Positions 10,298-19,235 of a DNA stretch of 64,000 bases are shown here, in pieces; positions within the stretch are counted from its first letter, which is position 1; each line of letters begins with the position of its first letter. Source of the stretch: an uncultured Gammaproteobacteria bacterium (GTDB taxonomy: Bacteria; Cyanobacteriota; Vampirovibrionia; LMEP-6097); the NCBI GenBank assembly GCA_964438425.1, contig CAYTKM010000005.1, forward strand, positions 9,294 through 73,293. The letters are read 5' to 3'. Both the position numbers and the translations under genes were made by a program. The notes beneath the pieces are model-generated. The model saw only the letters and a program-made list of their open reading frames with translations. It was not told the DNA's origin and did no database searches.

Positions 10298-10555
10298 ATG
10301 GCAGGAATTAACAACAACCCAGCACAAGTTCAACAAAGTGCAACTAAAAAAGCTAGTAATCAAGCTGGCGTAAAAGCTAATAAAACTGATAGCACTAGTA
10401 ATCTTAGTGCTGCTGATCAGGCATCTTTAGCTACAGCTAATAAAGAAATGGGTTCAATTCAAAATGGTCTTGGTAGCCTTGCTGATAGTCTGGGTTTAGG
10501 TTCAGTTGCGAAAGTTGCTTTATCAGTAATGGATGCAAATGGTCTATTTGCTTAG
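10298..10555 (+). CDS. small hypothetical protein (85 aa)
   Basis: Strong AAGGAG RBS 8 nt upstream. Ala/Ser/Gly-rich with no recognisable motif. Confidence 0.5.
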   Translation: MAGINNNPAQVQQSATKKASNQAGVKANKTDSTSNLSAADQASLATANKEMGSIQNGLGSLADSLGLGSVAKVALSVMDANGLFA

Positions 10556-10618
10556 TAGATCTAAAATCTAAAATATAAGATTTAAACCATATCACCTATA
10601 CAATTTAACATAACTTTA

Positions 10619-11194
10619 GTGAATAACTGTTATATGTCTAACATAGATCAGGAACTAGATATTTTGTTAAATAAATTGAATTCATATTCTAAAGAAGATA
10701 AAAAAGAAAGTAATCCTGTATCTCGGAAGATTTTCGCTTCAGATAGTGTAAATAAAGCACAGTTACCAGCGAAGATATCTAATAGAAATAACGCTCCCCA
10801 AGGCAGAAAGAGACATATCATGACTACGTTATTAGACGAGTCTGGTAAAGGCTCTAATGACCGTCTATTGGACTATTTAAGTAGCTTGGAAACAACTTCT
10901 AAGTCAGAAGCATACGAAGAAAGAAAAAAGCTTTATTCTACTAAGTATAAAGAAAAAGAATCTTTTAAAATTATCGAAAATAATGAGCCTAAAATAGGCA
11001 CTAGAGTCGATCGCGAAGAGCTAGAACGCTCTAAAATGCTTTTTATCAATCGTGGCAAGAAAAAAGATAAAACTAAATTTAAACAAATTGATTACGAAAG
11101 AGATAATTCTAAGTACATAAACACTACAGCTAAAGTTATTAGTAATAACAACCAATTTGCGCCTTTGCAACTTAAAAAATTTAGTAGTAGATAA
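10619..11194 (+). CDS. hypothetical Lys-rich protein
   Basis: ORF only. The start may be the internal Met at 10634. Confidence 0.4.
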   Translation: MNNCYMSNIDQELDILLNKLNSYSKEDKKESNPVSRKIFASDSVNKAQLPAKISNRNNAPQGRKRHIMTTLLDESGKGSNDRLLDYLSSLETTSKSEAYEERKKLYSTKYKEKESFKIIENNEPKIGTRVDREELERSKMLFINRGKKKDKTKFKQIDYERDNSKYINTTAKVISNNNQFAPLQLKKFSSR

Positions 11195-11452
11195 AAGTTT
11201 AAAAACCCTATTACCCAATAGCTATCAAAACTATTTTACATAATATTTATACTAACCACCATATGCTGTGTTGCGGTTATCGTACGATATATAAAAACTA
11301 TAGCTCAGGTTTTAAATACTTAATCTTCAAATTTCAATTAACTATTACTAGCACAATGTTTCAGGCAGCAATACTCTGTAATATTAGTTCATAGAAATAT
11401 TTATTTATAAGGTTTGCATATATGCATTTCCTTTACTTTTACTAAGAGCTAT

Positions 11453-11506
11453 GTACACTATTATAAATATGTACACTATTATAAATATGTACCATAATAT
11501 AAATAT
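11453..11506. repeat. tandem 18-bp repeat x3 (GTACACTATTATAAATAT)
   Basis: Two perfect copies and one degenerate copy in a 1.1-kb non-coding gap. Confidence 0.7.
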
Positions 11507-11875
11507 CATCAAATCAAATATCAGTGCAATTTGATTAAAGCGTTTTCTAATAAAAATTATTAACAATGTCACAAATCTTTTCTTTAAGTGTTTAAAAGTT
11601 TTTATATGTAAAAATAGGTCACAGAAAATTAAATTCAGCAAATCTTTAATTTAAAAACTACAGTTAGCAAACCCCACCCATACACGTTTAAAATAACACG
11701 CATTTTTCTCATTTCTATTTCAGAAAAGGCTCTCCAGAGGGCTTTATATTTAAGATAACATTGTATTATCTTGAGCGAAATGGGTGCATTGAATTAAGCC
11801 TAAAAATGGTAAGGTTTTATTTCAATTTAGAATATAAATCACATAAAAAATTTCTTACACTTTAGTATAAACTTG

Positions 11876-11904
11876 TTGACACCCATACAAAAATAAGCTA
11901 TTAT
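11876..11904 (+). promoter_or_regulatory. sigma70-like promoter (TTGACA-17-TATTAT)
   Basis: Perfect -35, 17-bp spacer and near-consensus -10. Confidence 0.45.
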
Positions 11905-11990
11905 AAAAGTATGAGCACGAATTAAGTATAAGTAAACCCTCAAAGCTTTAATGTAGATCAAAGCAAATTAATTTGAATACGAACTATTTG

Positions 11991-11999
11991 TGCTATAAT
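11991..11999 (+). promoter_or_regulatory. extended -10 element TGCTATAAT
   Basis: TGnTATAAT lies 26 nt upstream of a small ORF with an AAGGAA RBS. Confidence 0.4.
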
Positions 12000-12024
12000 T
12001 TAATTAACAAACAAGGAAAACAAA

Positions 12025-12180
12025 ATGATAACAATATTAATGCTAACTATATTTGCATGGATATGCGCTTCAATACTTTGCAAAGCTTTCAAGAGATTAC
12101 ATGAAGAACATTCAAATTATACTTTCTCTGAGCTTATACTTTTAGCCATGTCAAATCCACCTAAAAACCAGCAAAGCTAG
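12025..12180 (+). CDS. unannotated small hydrophobic protein (51 aa)
   Basis: ATG has AAGGAA 7 nt upstream. It encodes MITILMLTIFAWICASILCKAFKRLHEEHSNYTFSELILLAMSNPPKNQQS, one predicted TM helix. It is below the ORF-track size cutoff. Confidence 0.45.
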   Translation: MITILMLTIFAWICASILCKAFKRLHEEHSNYTFSELILLAMSNPPKNQQS

Positions 12181-12303
12181 TTATATCAAACTTAATTAAA
12201 TAAATTTTAGAAGAGCCGAAAGCAAATAATGTGATTAGGTTCTTTTTATTTTACATCTTCCTTTCTAGATATAATGATTTAATATCACTTTAAATTAATT
12301 ATT

Positions 12304-13068
12304 ATGTATATTAAACCCCTTTTAGTAATCTTTTTTATTTCACTTACCTGCTTTGCCTGTAATAAATCAAATAATCAAAATATAAAATTTAGAGATACGC
12401 TAGAGCCTGAAAGTTATTGGCTTAAAGCCGCTGGCTCGCGCACCAATATGTTCACTAAAAATGACTTATCAGCTCATATAGACCTCAAACAACTAAAAAA
12501 CATGAAGAACTTAGTGGCTTTAGGTCCCATAGAAAATCTAAAAGGCGAAGTTACTATATATAATGGTCATCCTTATATAACATCTTTAATAAACGATAAT
12601 CAAACAAGTGATAGCAGTTTCAACTATAAAGCTATTTTCTTAGCTTATGGATCCACAAAGGAGTGGCGTGAAATAGTTATCGATAAGCCTCTAGCTAGCT
12701 TAAGTCAGATTGAAGATTTAGTAAGAAAGTACGCATTAGATTTTAATATCGATTTAACTAAAGGCTTTCCTTTTAAGATAGAGGGGGTAGCTACTAGAGC
12801 TCGATATCATATTATTTACCAGAAAGATGCTGGCATAAAGCATACCCCTAAGTTACACCAGCAAGCTAAACAAAAATATACCGTATATGATGAAGCTGTG
12901 AAAATAGCTGGTATTTGGGCTACTCAAGATGGCATTGGTAGATATACTCACCCTGGTACTCAAACACATATGCATGTAATACTAGATAAAAATAATTTTG
13001 GTGGTCATCTCGAGGATATTGAATTAGATGCAGGTATCAAGCTTTTTATACCTAAAGTTAATAAATAA
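12304..13068 (+). CDS. alpha-acetolactate decarboxylase-fold protein with lipoprotein-type signal
   Basis: LVALGPIENLKGEVTIYNGHPY resembles the ALDC G.G.F..LDGE.I..DG.Y motif, and THMHVILDKNNFGGHLEDIELD resembles HLHFIDE..SGGHV.D. The N-terminus has a signal peptide with a Cys. Confidence 0.55.
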   Translation: MYIKPLLVIFFISLTCFACNKSNNQNIKFRDTLEPESYWLKAAGSRTNMFTKNDLSAHIDLKQLKNMKNLVALGPIENLKGEVTIYNGHPYITSLINDNQTSDSSFNYKAIFLAYGSTKEWREIVIDKPLASLSQIEDLVRKYALDFNIDLTKGFPFKIEGVATRARYHIIYQKDAGIKHTPKLHQQAKQKYTVYDEAVKIAGIWATQDGIGRYTHPGTQTHMHVILDKNNFGGHLEDIELDAGIKLFIPKVNK

Positions 13069-13312
13069 AATAGCTTACTAATTAGTTTACATTGCTTAAA
13101 ATTTGTAATTCTTATTGAATGAGTTAACCAGATGCTTTTCTTACACAAGCTACTTAAATATTTTTGATTATTTTATGTAAATTTGCTTATCGGCAGGCGA
13201 GTTTAAATACACTCAGAGCCTAAGCACTTTGTATTATTGTCATTCACATCTATGAACTAGTATATTTAATCCTAAAGTAAAGCTAACTTTACATAATTAG
13301 GGAATTAAATAT

Positions 13313-14092
13313 ATGAGTATAGATATCAGATTAAACAACAGCTTAAACAATTCATCAGTAAATGTGAATACAACTAAGCCAACAGCGAGTAAAGAAGCTG
13401 AGAAGCCAACATCATTGCAGCAAATTCAAGATGAAGTCTTGGCAAATTTCAAAAATAATATGAAGGCTGAACAAATAGGTTTTTCTGAAAACCAAAGAGA
13501 GGCTTTAAATGTTATGGCGCCTATATTTCGCATGATGGGATTAGGTTCTGGTCAAATTACAAAAATGTATGAACAGCTGAAAAATAACCCTGAATCTTTT
13601 TCACCAGAGAAAAGAGCTAATTTAGAAGCTCAATTTAAAGATTTAGAAGAGATAGGACAAGAAATAACAGAAGATTTGAGAGATGAGAATAATGCTTTTC
13701 TTGCTTTAAATTGGAAAGGTCTTATGGCTAAATTCTTAGTTAAAGCTGTTGATTTAGGTATTAGTGCCTATGGTCTTGATCATGCTTTGAAAGAGGCAAG
13801 CTCAGAAGATCCTTATGAATCTGCTGCTGGTGCAATGGAGGTCGCAGAATTTGGAGCAAATATTTTTGATACAATCACACCAAAAGATTCTTCAGGTAAA
13901 CCTGTAACATCTTCAGCTTTAAAGGTGGCTAGCAAGGGTGCAATAGGTTCTACTGGAATCAGAATATATGAGAAATTAGAGCAAGGGGATGTACAAGGCG
14001 CTGCTAAAGTCATTATGCAAAAAGGCGGACCAAAAGCTTTTGTAGCATTACTTGAGCATATGGTTGAGAATTACGATAAATTTCAAGCTTAA
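13313..14092 (+). CDS. hypothetical protein
   Basis: 259-aa ORF with no motif. Confidence 0.45.
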   Translation: MSIDIRLNNSLNNSSVNVNTTKPTASKEAEKPTSLQQIQDEVLANFKNNMKAEQIGFSENQREALNVMAPIFRMMGLGSGQITKMYEQLKNNPESFSPEKRANLEAQFKDLEEIGQEITEDLRDENNAFLALNWKGLMAKFLVKAVDLGISAYGLDHALKEASSEDPYESAAGAMEVAEFGANIFDTITPKDSSGKPVTSSALKVASKGAIGSTGIRIYEKLEQGDVQGAAKVIMQKGGPKAFVALLEHMVENYDKFQA

Positions 14093-14126
14093 AGTTAAAT
14101 TTTCATATTTGTTATAATATGGTTAA

Positions 14127-14600
14127 ATGGACTCTGTAAATAGTGGTGCTTCAAATGGTTATATAACCCCAGTATCAGATAACCCTAATACATTAGATTT
14201 TGAGACTTGGCAATCTCAACGCCAGAAAGTGCGCAAAGATGAACAAAATCAAGTATCTGAAGCACAAAATAACAAAGATCAAGAGCGCTTAAAACAAGCC
14301 AGACTTCATGCAAATTATTATAGCCTCCCAGAACAAAGTCCAGACAATAAAGAAAGTCCATACGTTCAAATGATGGATAAGAAAATATGGGGTGGAAAAT
14401 CAACCGCTGAGATATTGGATTCTACTATATGGTTTAAAGCAGAGAAGAAAATGGGAATGTCTTATAATGTTCTTTCATTACCTATGAAAGTGTACTTCAA
14501 TAAAAACCTAAGAAACATGTCGATGGTATTCCTTGAGAGTCCTAAGCATTTAGTAAATCTGATTAAATACATAATTACAGATCAAAGACCCAAAAAATAA
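14127..14600 (+). CDS. hypothetical protein
   Basis: 157-aa ORF, Gln/Asn-rich N-terminus. Confidence 0.4.
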   Translation: MDSVNSGASNGYITPVSDNPNTLDFETWQSQRQKVRKDEQNQVSEAQNNKDQERLKQARLHANYYSLPEQSPDNKESPYVQMMDKKIWGGKSTAEILDSTIWFKAEKKMGMSYNVLSLPMKVYFNKNLRNMSMVFLESPKHLVNLIKYIITDQRPKK

Positions 14601-14639
14601 GCATTAGCGATTATTTGCTAATGCTTATTTTTTTACTTT

Positions 14640-14912
14640 CTACTTCTTAACAGGCATATGTTCTTTATCGGCTGTTTCAAAGCTCTTACAACCATATTTT
14701 ACGGCTAACTCCGATAAATCGGCATTACTTCTCTTTGCTTTTTTCCAGCCTGCTGGCTTATAATACCAGCATTTACGCTTTGAATGCCATTGTAAACTTT
14801 CAGCTTTTAAAGCTTTCTTGTTCGGTTTAGTATCACCTGTTACCCATAACCAGTAACCAATCAAAGACACTTCTATATTTCTAAGTTTTAAAAGTGTATA
14901 AAGTTTATTCAT
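14640..14912 (-). CDS. small conserved-looking hypothetical protein (mobile-element-like family)
   Basis: GYWLWVTGDT..LK..WHSKRKCWYY motif reminiscent of small proteins encoded on plasmids and phages. I could not place it in a named family. Confidence 0.4.
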   Translation of the reverse strand: MNKLYTLLKLRNIEVSLIGYWLWVTGDTKPNKKALKAESLQWHSKRKCWYYKPAGWKKAKRSNADLSELAVKYGCKSFETADKEHMPVKK

Positions 14913-15092
14913 AATTTCAATTTCAACATCAGCTTTATAACTATTTTTACAACAGTGATGGTGTTGTGGTTGGCTTATTTATCCAAAAGATAATCTAGTT
15001 TTGGCTAAATAAAGCTATTGTAACGCTTTCATGTTACCAAAGATACAATTTCAAGCAAGCCAGAACAGCTAGACATACATCACATTCATAGT

Positions 15093-15546
15093 ATGCTAGG
15101 TCTATGCTGTTTACCATACAGAAAACTACCGAAAGGTGAACAAGAGCAGGTCTATATTAAATCCTATCGCCAAGGTTCAATTGTCGTTCAGCCAGGCTAT
15201 TTAATTGACCCCAAAACGGGCAAACCAATTAACCAAGGTTTGCCATATGGTCCAAAAGCTCGGCTTTTACTCCTACATATATGCACCAGAGCTTTACAGC
15301 AAAAAAGTGCAACCGTCACAATGGATGAGACATTAACAGGTTTTATTCAGAGAAACAGCCATTAGCAGAGTTCAAGCGAGATTTCACAAAGGATATTGAG
15401 AATATTAAAAAGGTTTTAAGCGATGATAAATACCCATTCAGGCTCACCGATAAAGGCTTGCTACTCAAACCTATTAAGTCAGAAGATTTATTCGTACCAT
15501 TGGATGTATTTCCTACGTTACTTCTTGGCTACTACTTTAAAAACTA
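15093..15546 (+). pseudogene. frameshifted gene remnant (two consecutive reading frames)
   Basis: The 15093-15365 ORF stops at RNSH. Translation resumes in the next frame at 15366 (LAEFKRDFTKDIENIKK...LLGYYFKN) and ends at 15546. Confidence 0.4.
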
Positions 15547-15617
15547 GTCTAATCTAATCAATAAGTAAACAGAAATTTAAAACAAAGCATTAATTTAATC
15601 AGCTAAGATAAAACATA

Positions 15618-15965
15618 ATGATAAATTTTTTCAAAGAATCATTTGCGGGTAATAAACATCCACTAAAAGTTATTTTAGCTGGTATATTAGTTTTGATGAT
15701 TCTTGGCTTGATTATCACGACTCTAACTACAGATTCACCTGTGATAGTAAATAATGAAGGTATTAAAGTGCCTACTAAAAATTATTTCTTAATTCTGATA
15801 TTTAAAGCTCCAGTGGTTTTCTGGTTCTATCCTGCTTTATTTAAATGCGCTAATAAAAATAATACACCCAAATTATGGTGGCTATATAAACTTATTGCTA
15901 TTTTTTTAGCTATTAACTATGTTTATCAGATATTCTTAGCTGTTATTACATACTTTTATTACTAA
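15618..15965 (+). CDS. hypothetical membrane protein
   Basis: 115 aa with three hydrophobic segments. Confidence 0.4.
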   Translation: MINFFKESFAGNKHPLKVILAGILVLMILGLIITTLTTDSPVIVNNEGIKVPTKNYFLILIFKAPVVFWFYPALFKCANKNNTPKLWWLYKLIAIFLAINYVYQIFLAVITYFYY

Positions 15966-16160
15966 TATATCTATGAAGAGCTTTTAATCTTAATCAGCTC
16001 TTCGTAAACTTTAGCGTTATTTTAAGGGATTTTATTAAAAATCTATCAATTTCTTAAAGTGTTTATTACTTTTATTCAGTTATGCATTTTATTTTTCAAC
16101 TGTTTGTGCTTAGTATTAGTTAGGGCTTGGATATTTGGAGTAAATTTAATAAAGTCCATG

Positions 16161-18968
16161 TTACTTACCCTTAAAAAATTCAATACCCGACTCTATTTTT
16201 TTTAGATCTGGCTTAAATATATCTAACATAATACGATTGTTAGTAAACTTAACAATTTTTTGTTTAATCTCTTCTTGCTGCTTACCTAAATAAATCAAAA
16301 AAGCATTTTTAATTTCCTGAAATTCAGGTTTAGTATAATGGCTCTTATCAATATTTTTTAATTTTTCGATCATTTTTTCTGAGTACATTTTCTTATTTAA
16401 AGATTCTAAAGATAAAGCTGGTGGAAGTTCAGTATTTAAATATATAGAAGTAATTTTTGCTAACTCTTTAATAGTTTTGGAATTTAAGTCTATGTCATTT
16501 GTAATAAAAAGTTTAAAATCTGCTATAACTTTAGATAGTTTATTCAAATTTTCTTGATTAGGTTTATTAGCCTGTTCACTATGAAAATCTGCCTGAGTCG
16601 TATTATCAAATTCTAAATTAATATTACTTTTGATAACTTGGCCATTACCAGTAACGGGCAAGTTCTTTCTAACACTAATTTCAAAAGGCTTTTGCTTATC
16701 ACTTAGAATACTCATAAGCTTGTAGCTCACATTATTAAACGTAGTACGACTTAATTGGAACAATTTACTATAAAATTCATTATCTCTATCTTGCATTGGT
16801 AATTTAGAAGCTAGTTGCATTTTGTATTTATCAGGAATTCTAGTTGAACTAAAGAAATCGTAAAGTTTTTGATCAAGTTGAACTCCTTGACTTTGAAAGG
16901 AATCACCAATAGCATCAATAATCTGTTCAGCGTATTTTTTCTGAAGTTTATAAACAGAACGAATTTGCTCTAAATCCTTAGTCTTGAAGTTTAGTTTATC
17001 CTCAAAACACTTTAAAAAATTTCTAGCACTACCTTTAAGACAAAGTGTAAATAAATTTTCACGAAAATGATCTAAATCTGATTGCGGCACAATATTAGGT
17101 AGTTCTTTAGATAAAGGATGCTCGTTTTGAAGTAAATGCTTTATAAAATACAGTTTTTTATCGTAGCTGTTTAAACTTAAGTAATTTTTCTGTAAGTCTT
17201 GCACATCTTCATTTGTAAGTTTTGCGGCTTGACTAGCTACGAAATCTAATTCATTTAATGCTGAATCTCCAAAATGGTTCATACTTTTAGTAGCTTCTGT
17301 AGCAGTAGCAGCCACAAAGCTTTTATGCCAGTATAGCCTAGCTTGGTCAGCCTTAGTAAACTTTTCATCCAAGAATAGACTTCTAACAAACTGTGATTTT
17401 TTATCTAACAATTTATGGTAAGTATCTTCAGATAAAACTTTTTCAAGTGGTAATCTCAAAACTTTAATACCAAATTCAGCTTTAAGTAATTTAAAATATT
17501 CTGCTTCATCTTTTAACAAATACCCAAAATCATCGAAACCATTAAGCTTAGTTGAGTTTAATAGTTTATCAATATCATTATTCATAATAGCTTTAGCTAA
17601 ATAAGATGGCTCAGGTAAAGCAGTTATTATATTTGACTTTAAAGTTTGATCTTTATTATCACCGCACTTATGCTGCTCTATATAAAATAATGCGCGCGCT
17701 CTAAAAACTTCCTCTAAGGAATTAGTCAGTGCTTCTATAAATAAGTCAGGTTGAGCTATTAAATTTTTATTAGCTTTATTATCATAATAAGCTAAGGTTT
17801 TTAAAAATATATTCAATGATTCTGGTTCAGTAGATAATTTTTGTAATGTTTGTTTTAGCATCGGCTTCTTTTTGCCATTTTCACTAAAATCTATAGCTGC
17901 ACTTAACAGTAAATGCTGTCTATCACTAAAACCTTTTAAGTATTCTAAGCCATTATTAAGATCATCAAACTCAGGTTTAATAGAATTTTCTTGGTATAAC
18001 TCAAGATCACAAGATAACAATTTTCTAGCTTCCTTGCGACGCTGATTATATTCCTGAAAATTATTAAATTCACTATCGTCTTGAGGCATTCTTGATGGTT
18101 GCAAGCAAGTAGGGAATAAAGTACCTGTTATTGAATCTCTAGTATTTAAAAATTGTTGTAGATTAGCTTTGTTCTTTACACCTGCACTATAGTCAATAAA
18201 ATACACTGAGTTATGGGTTAGCACCATTGATAAATCATAATGTGACAATTGTAAATCAGGCACTGATGGTTTAGCATCAGTAGGATGGTTGTGAGCTATC
18301 AGCACATCAGCTGTAGGGTTAGATTTAGGATAATTATTATAGATAGGATTTAAAATTGCATCTGAAATATTTTCACATAACATTTTATATTGCTCCTGAT
18401 CATTTAAAACTCTATAAGTACTTAAATCAGTTAAATCTTTAATTTGATAATTCACATTATCTCGGTCACCCGATAAGACTTTAAGGTTTTCTGAATTTAG
18501 TGGTTGCTTAATATTATTTGATTTATTATCAGCGCTATTACCTGTATAGATAGTCATACTAGATGTATCATTACTCTTATCAGGCTTATAAGCAAGCAAA
18601 TATTCTTTAATTTCTGGTAATTCTAAATGCTTGCCCATTAGAGCTATTATAGGAAACTCTCCTTCAGTGAATTTTGTAACCATAATTTCAGTTAATTCTT
18701 TTAGATGCTGAAAGTTTTTAGGATTAAAAGTTTTCTGAGCCAATAGCTGTCCTTGAAAAGTTTTATTAGCCTGATTACCGTGGAAATCTCCCTGAATCGT
18801 ATTATTAATATCAGAGTCTGCATCTTTATTAGGAGGTATTAAGCTTGGACTATCACTTTTTACAGTAGGCATGGCTTGCTTTATAGCTTTAACATCAACA
18901 GTATCAGTGATTAAATTTTTAGGCTGCGTTGAGATGTTTAAAATTAGCTGATGTGCTGATAGTTTCAT
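16161..18968 (-). CDS. large lineage-specific protein with JAMM/RadC-like HNHP motif and N/C-terminal 15-aa repeat
   Basis: 935-aa ORF. LIAHNHPTDAKPSVPD resembles the JAB HxH..S..D motif. NNTIQGDFHGNQANK near the N-terminus is repeated as DNTTQADFHSEQANK near the C-terminus. Confidence 0.55.
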   Translation of the reverse strand: MKLSAHQLILNISTQPKNLITDTVDVKAIKQAMPTVKSDSPSLIPPNKDADSDINNTIQGDFHGNQANKTFQGQLLAQKTFNPKNFQHLKELTEIMVTKFTEGEFPIIALMGKHLELPEIKEYLLAYKPDKSNDTSSMTIYTGNSADNKSNNIKQPLNSENLKVLSGDRDNVNYQIKDLTDLSTYRVLNDQEQYKMLCENISDAILNPIYNNYPKSNPTADVLIAHNHPTDAKPSVPDLQLSHYDLSMVLTHNSVYFIDYSAGVKNKANLQQFLNTRDSITGTLFPTCLQPSRMPQDDSEFNNFQEYNQRRKEARKLLSCDLELYQENSIKPEFDDLNNGLEYLKGFSDRQHLLLSAAIDFSENGKKKPMLKQTLQKLSTEPESLNIFLKTLAYYDNKANKNLIAQPDLFIEALTNSLEEVFRARALFYIEQHKCGDNKDQTLKSNIITALPEPSYLAKAIMNNDIDKLLNSTKLNGFDDFGYLLKDEAEYFKLLKAEFGIKVLRLPLEKVLSEDTYHKLLDKKSQFVRSLFLDEKFTKADQARLYWHKSFVAATATEATKSMNHFGDSALNELDFVASQAAKLTNEDVQDLQKNYLSLNSYDKKLYFIKHLLQNEHPLSKELPNIVPQSDLDHFRENLFTLCLKGSARNFLKCFEDKLNFKTKDLEQIRSVYKLQKKYAEQIIDAIGDSFQSQGVQLDQKLYDFFSSTRIPDKYKMQLASKLPMQDRDNEFYSKLFQLSRTTFNNVSYKLMSILSDKQKPFEISVRKNLPVTGNGQVIKSNINLEFDNTTQADFHSEQANKPNQENLNKLSKVIADFKLFITNDIDLNSKTIKELAKITSIYLNTELPPALSLESLNKKMYSEKMIEKLKNIDKSHYTKPEFQEIKNAFLIYLGKQQEEIKQKIVKFTNNRIMLDIFKPDLKKIESGIEFFKGK

Positions 18969-19235
18969 TATAGAGATACATTATATCTTTCTAGAATGGT
19001 TAAAGGTATATTATGTTGATATTTAATTTTTTTACTAATATTCTTTTAATTTTAGATTAAATTTAATTTTTTTTGCTTATCGGCAAAAATAAAACACTAT
19101 GTATTGTAATAGATCAGAATTCCTGTAAATCAAGGTGAAGAATATATTTCAGCTGTAAAACAAGTTAGCATAGAACATAGTATAGTCCCTTTTACTAAAT
19201 TTTTAAGTGCTTAAGTTGAAAAATCTACGTTTTAA

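Noticed and set aside
11453-11506. Possible CRISPR-like repeats.
   Set aside because: There are only three directly abutting 18-bp copies and no spacers. This is a simple tandem repeat, not a CRISPR array.
11405-11641. 78-aa ORF on the minus strand encoding YIFIIVYIFIIV.
   Set aside because: Its hydrophobic repeat is simply the translation of the 18-bp tandem DNA repeat. There is no RBS, so it is probably not a gene, although a small membrane peptide cannot be excluded.
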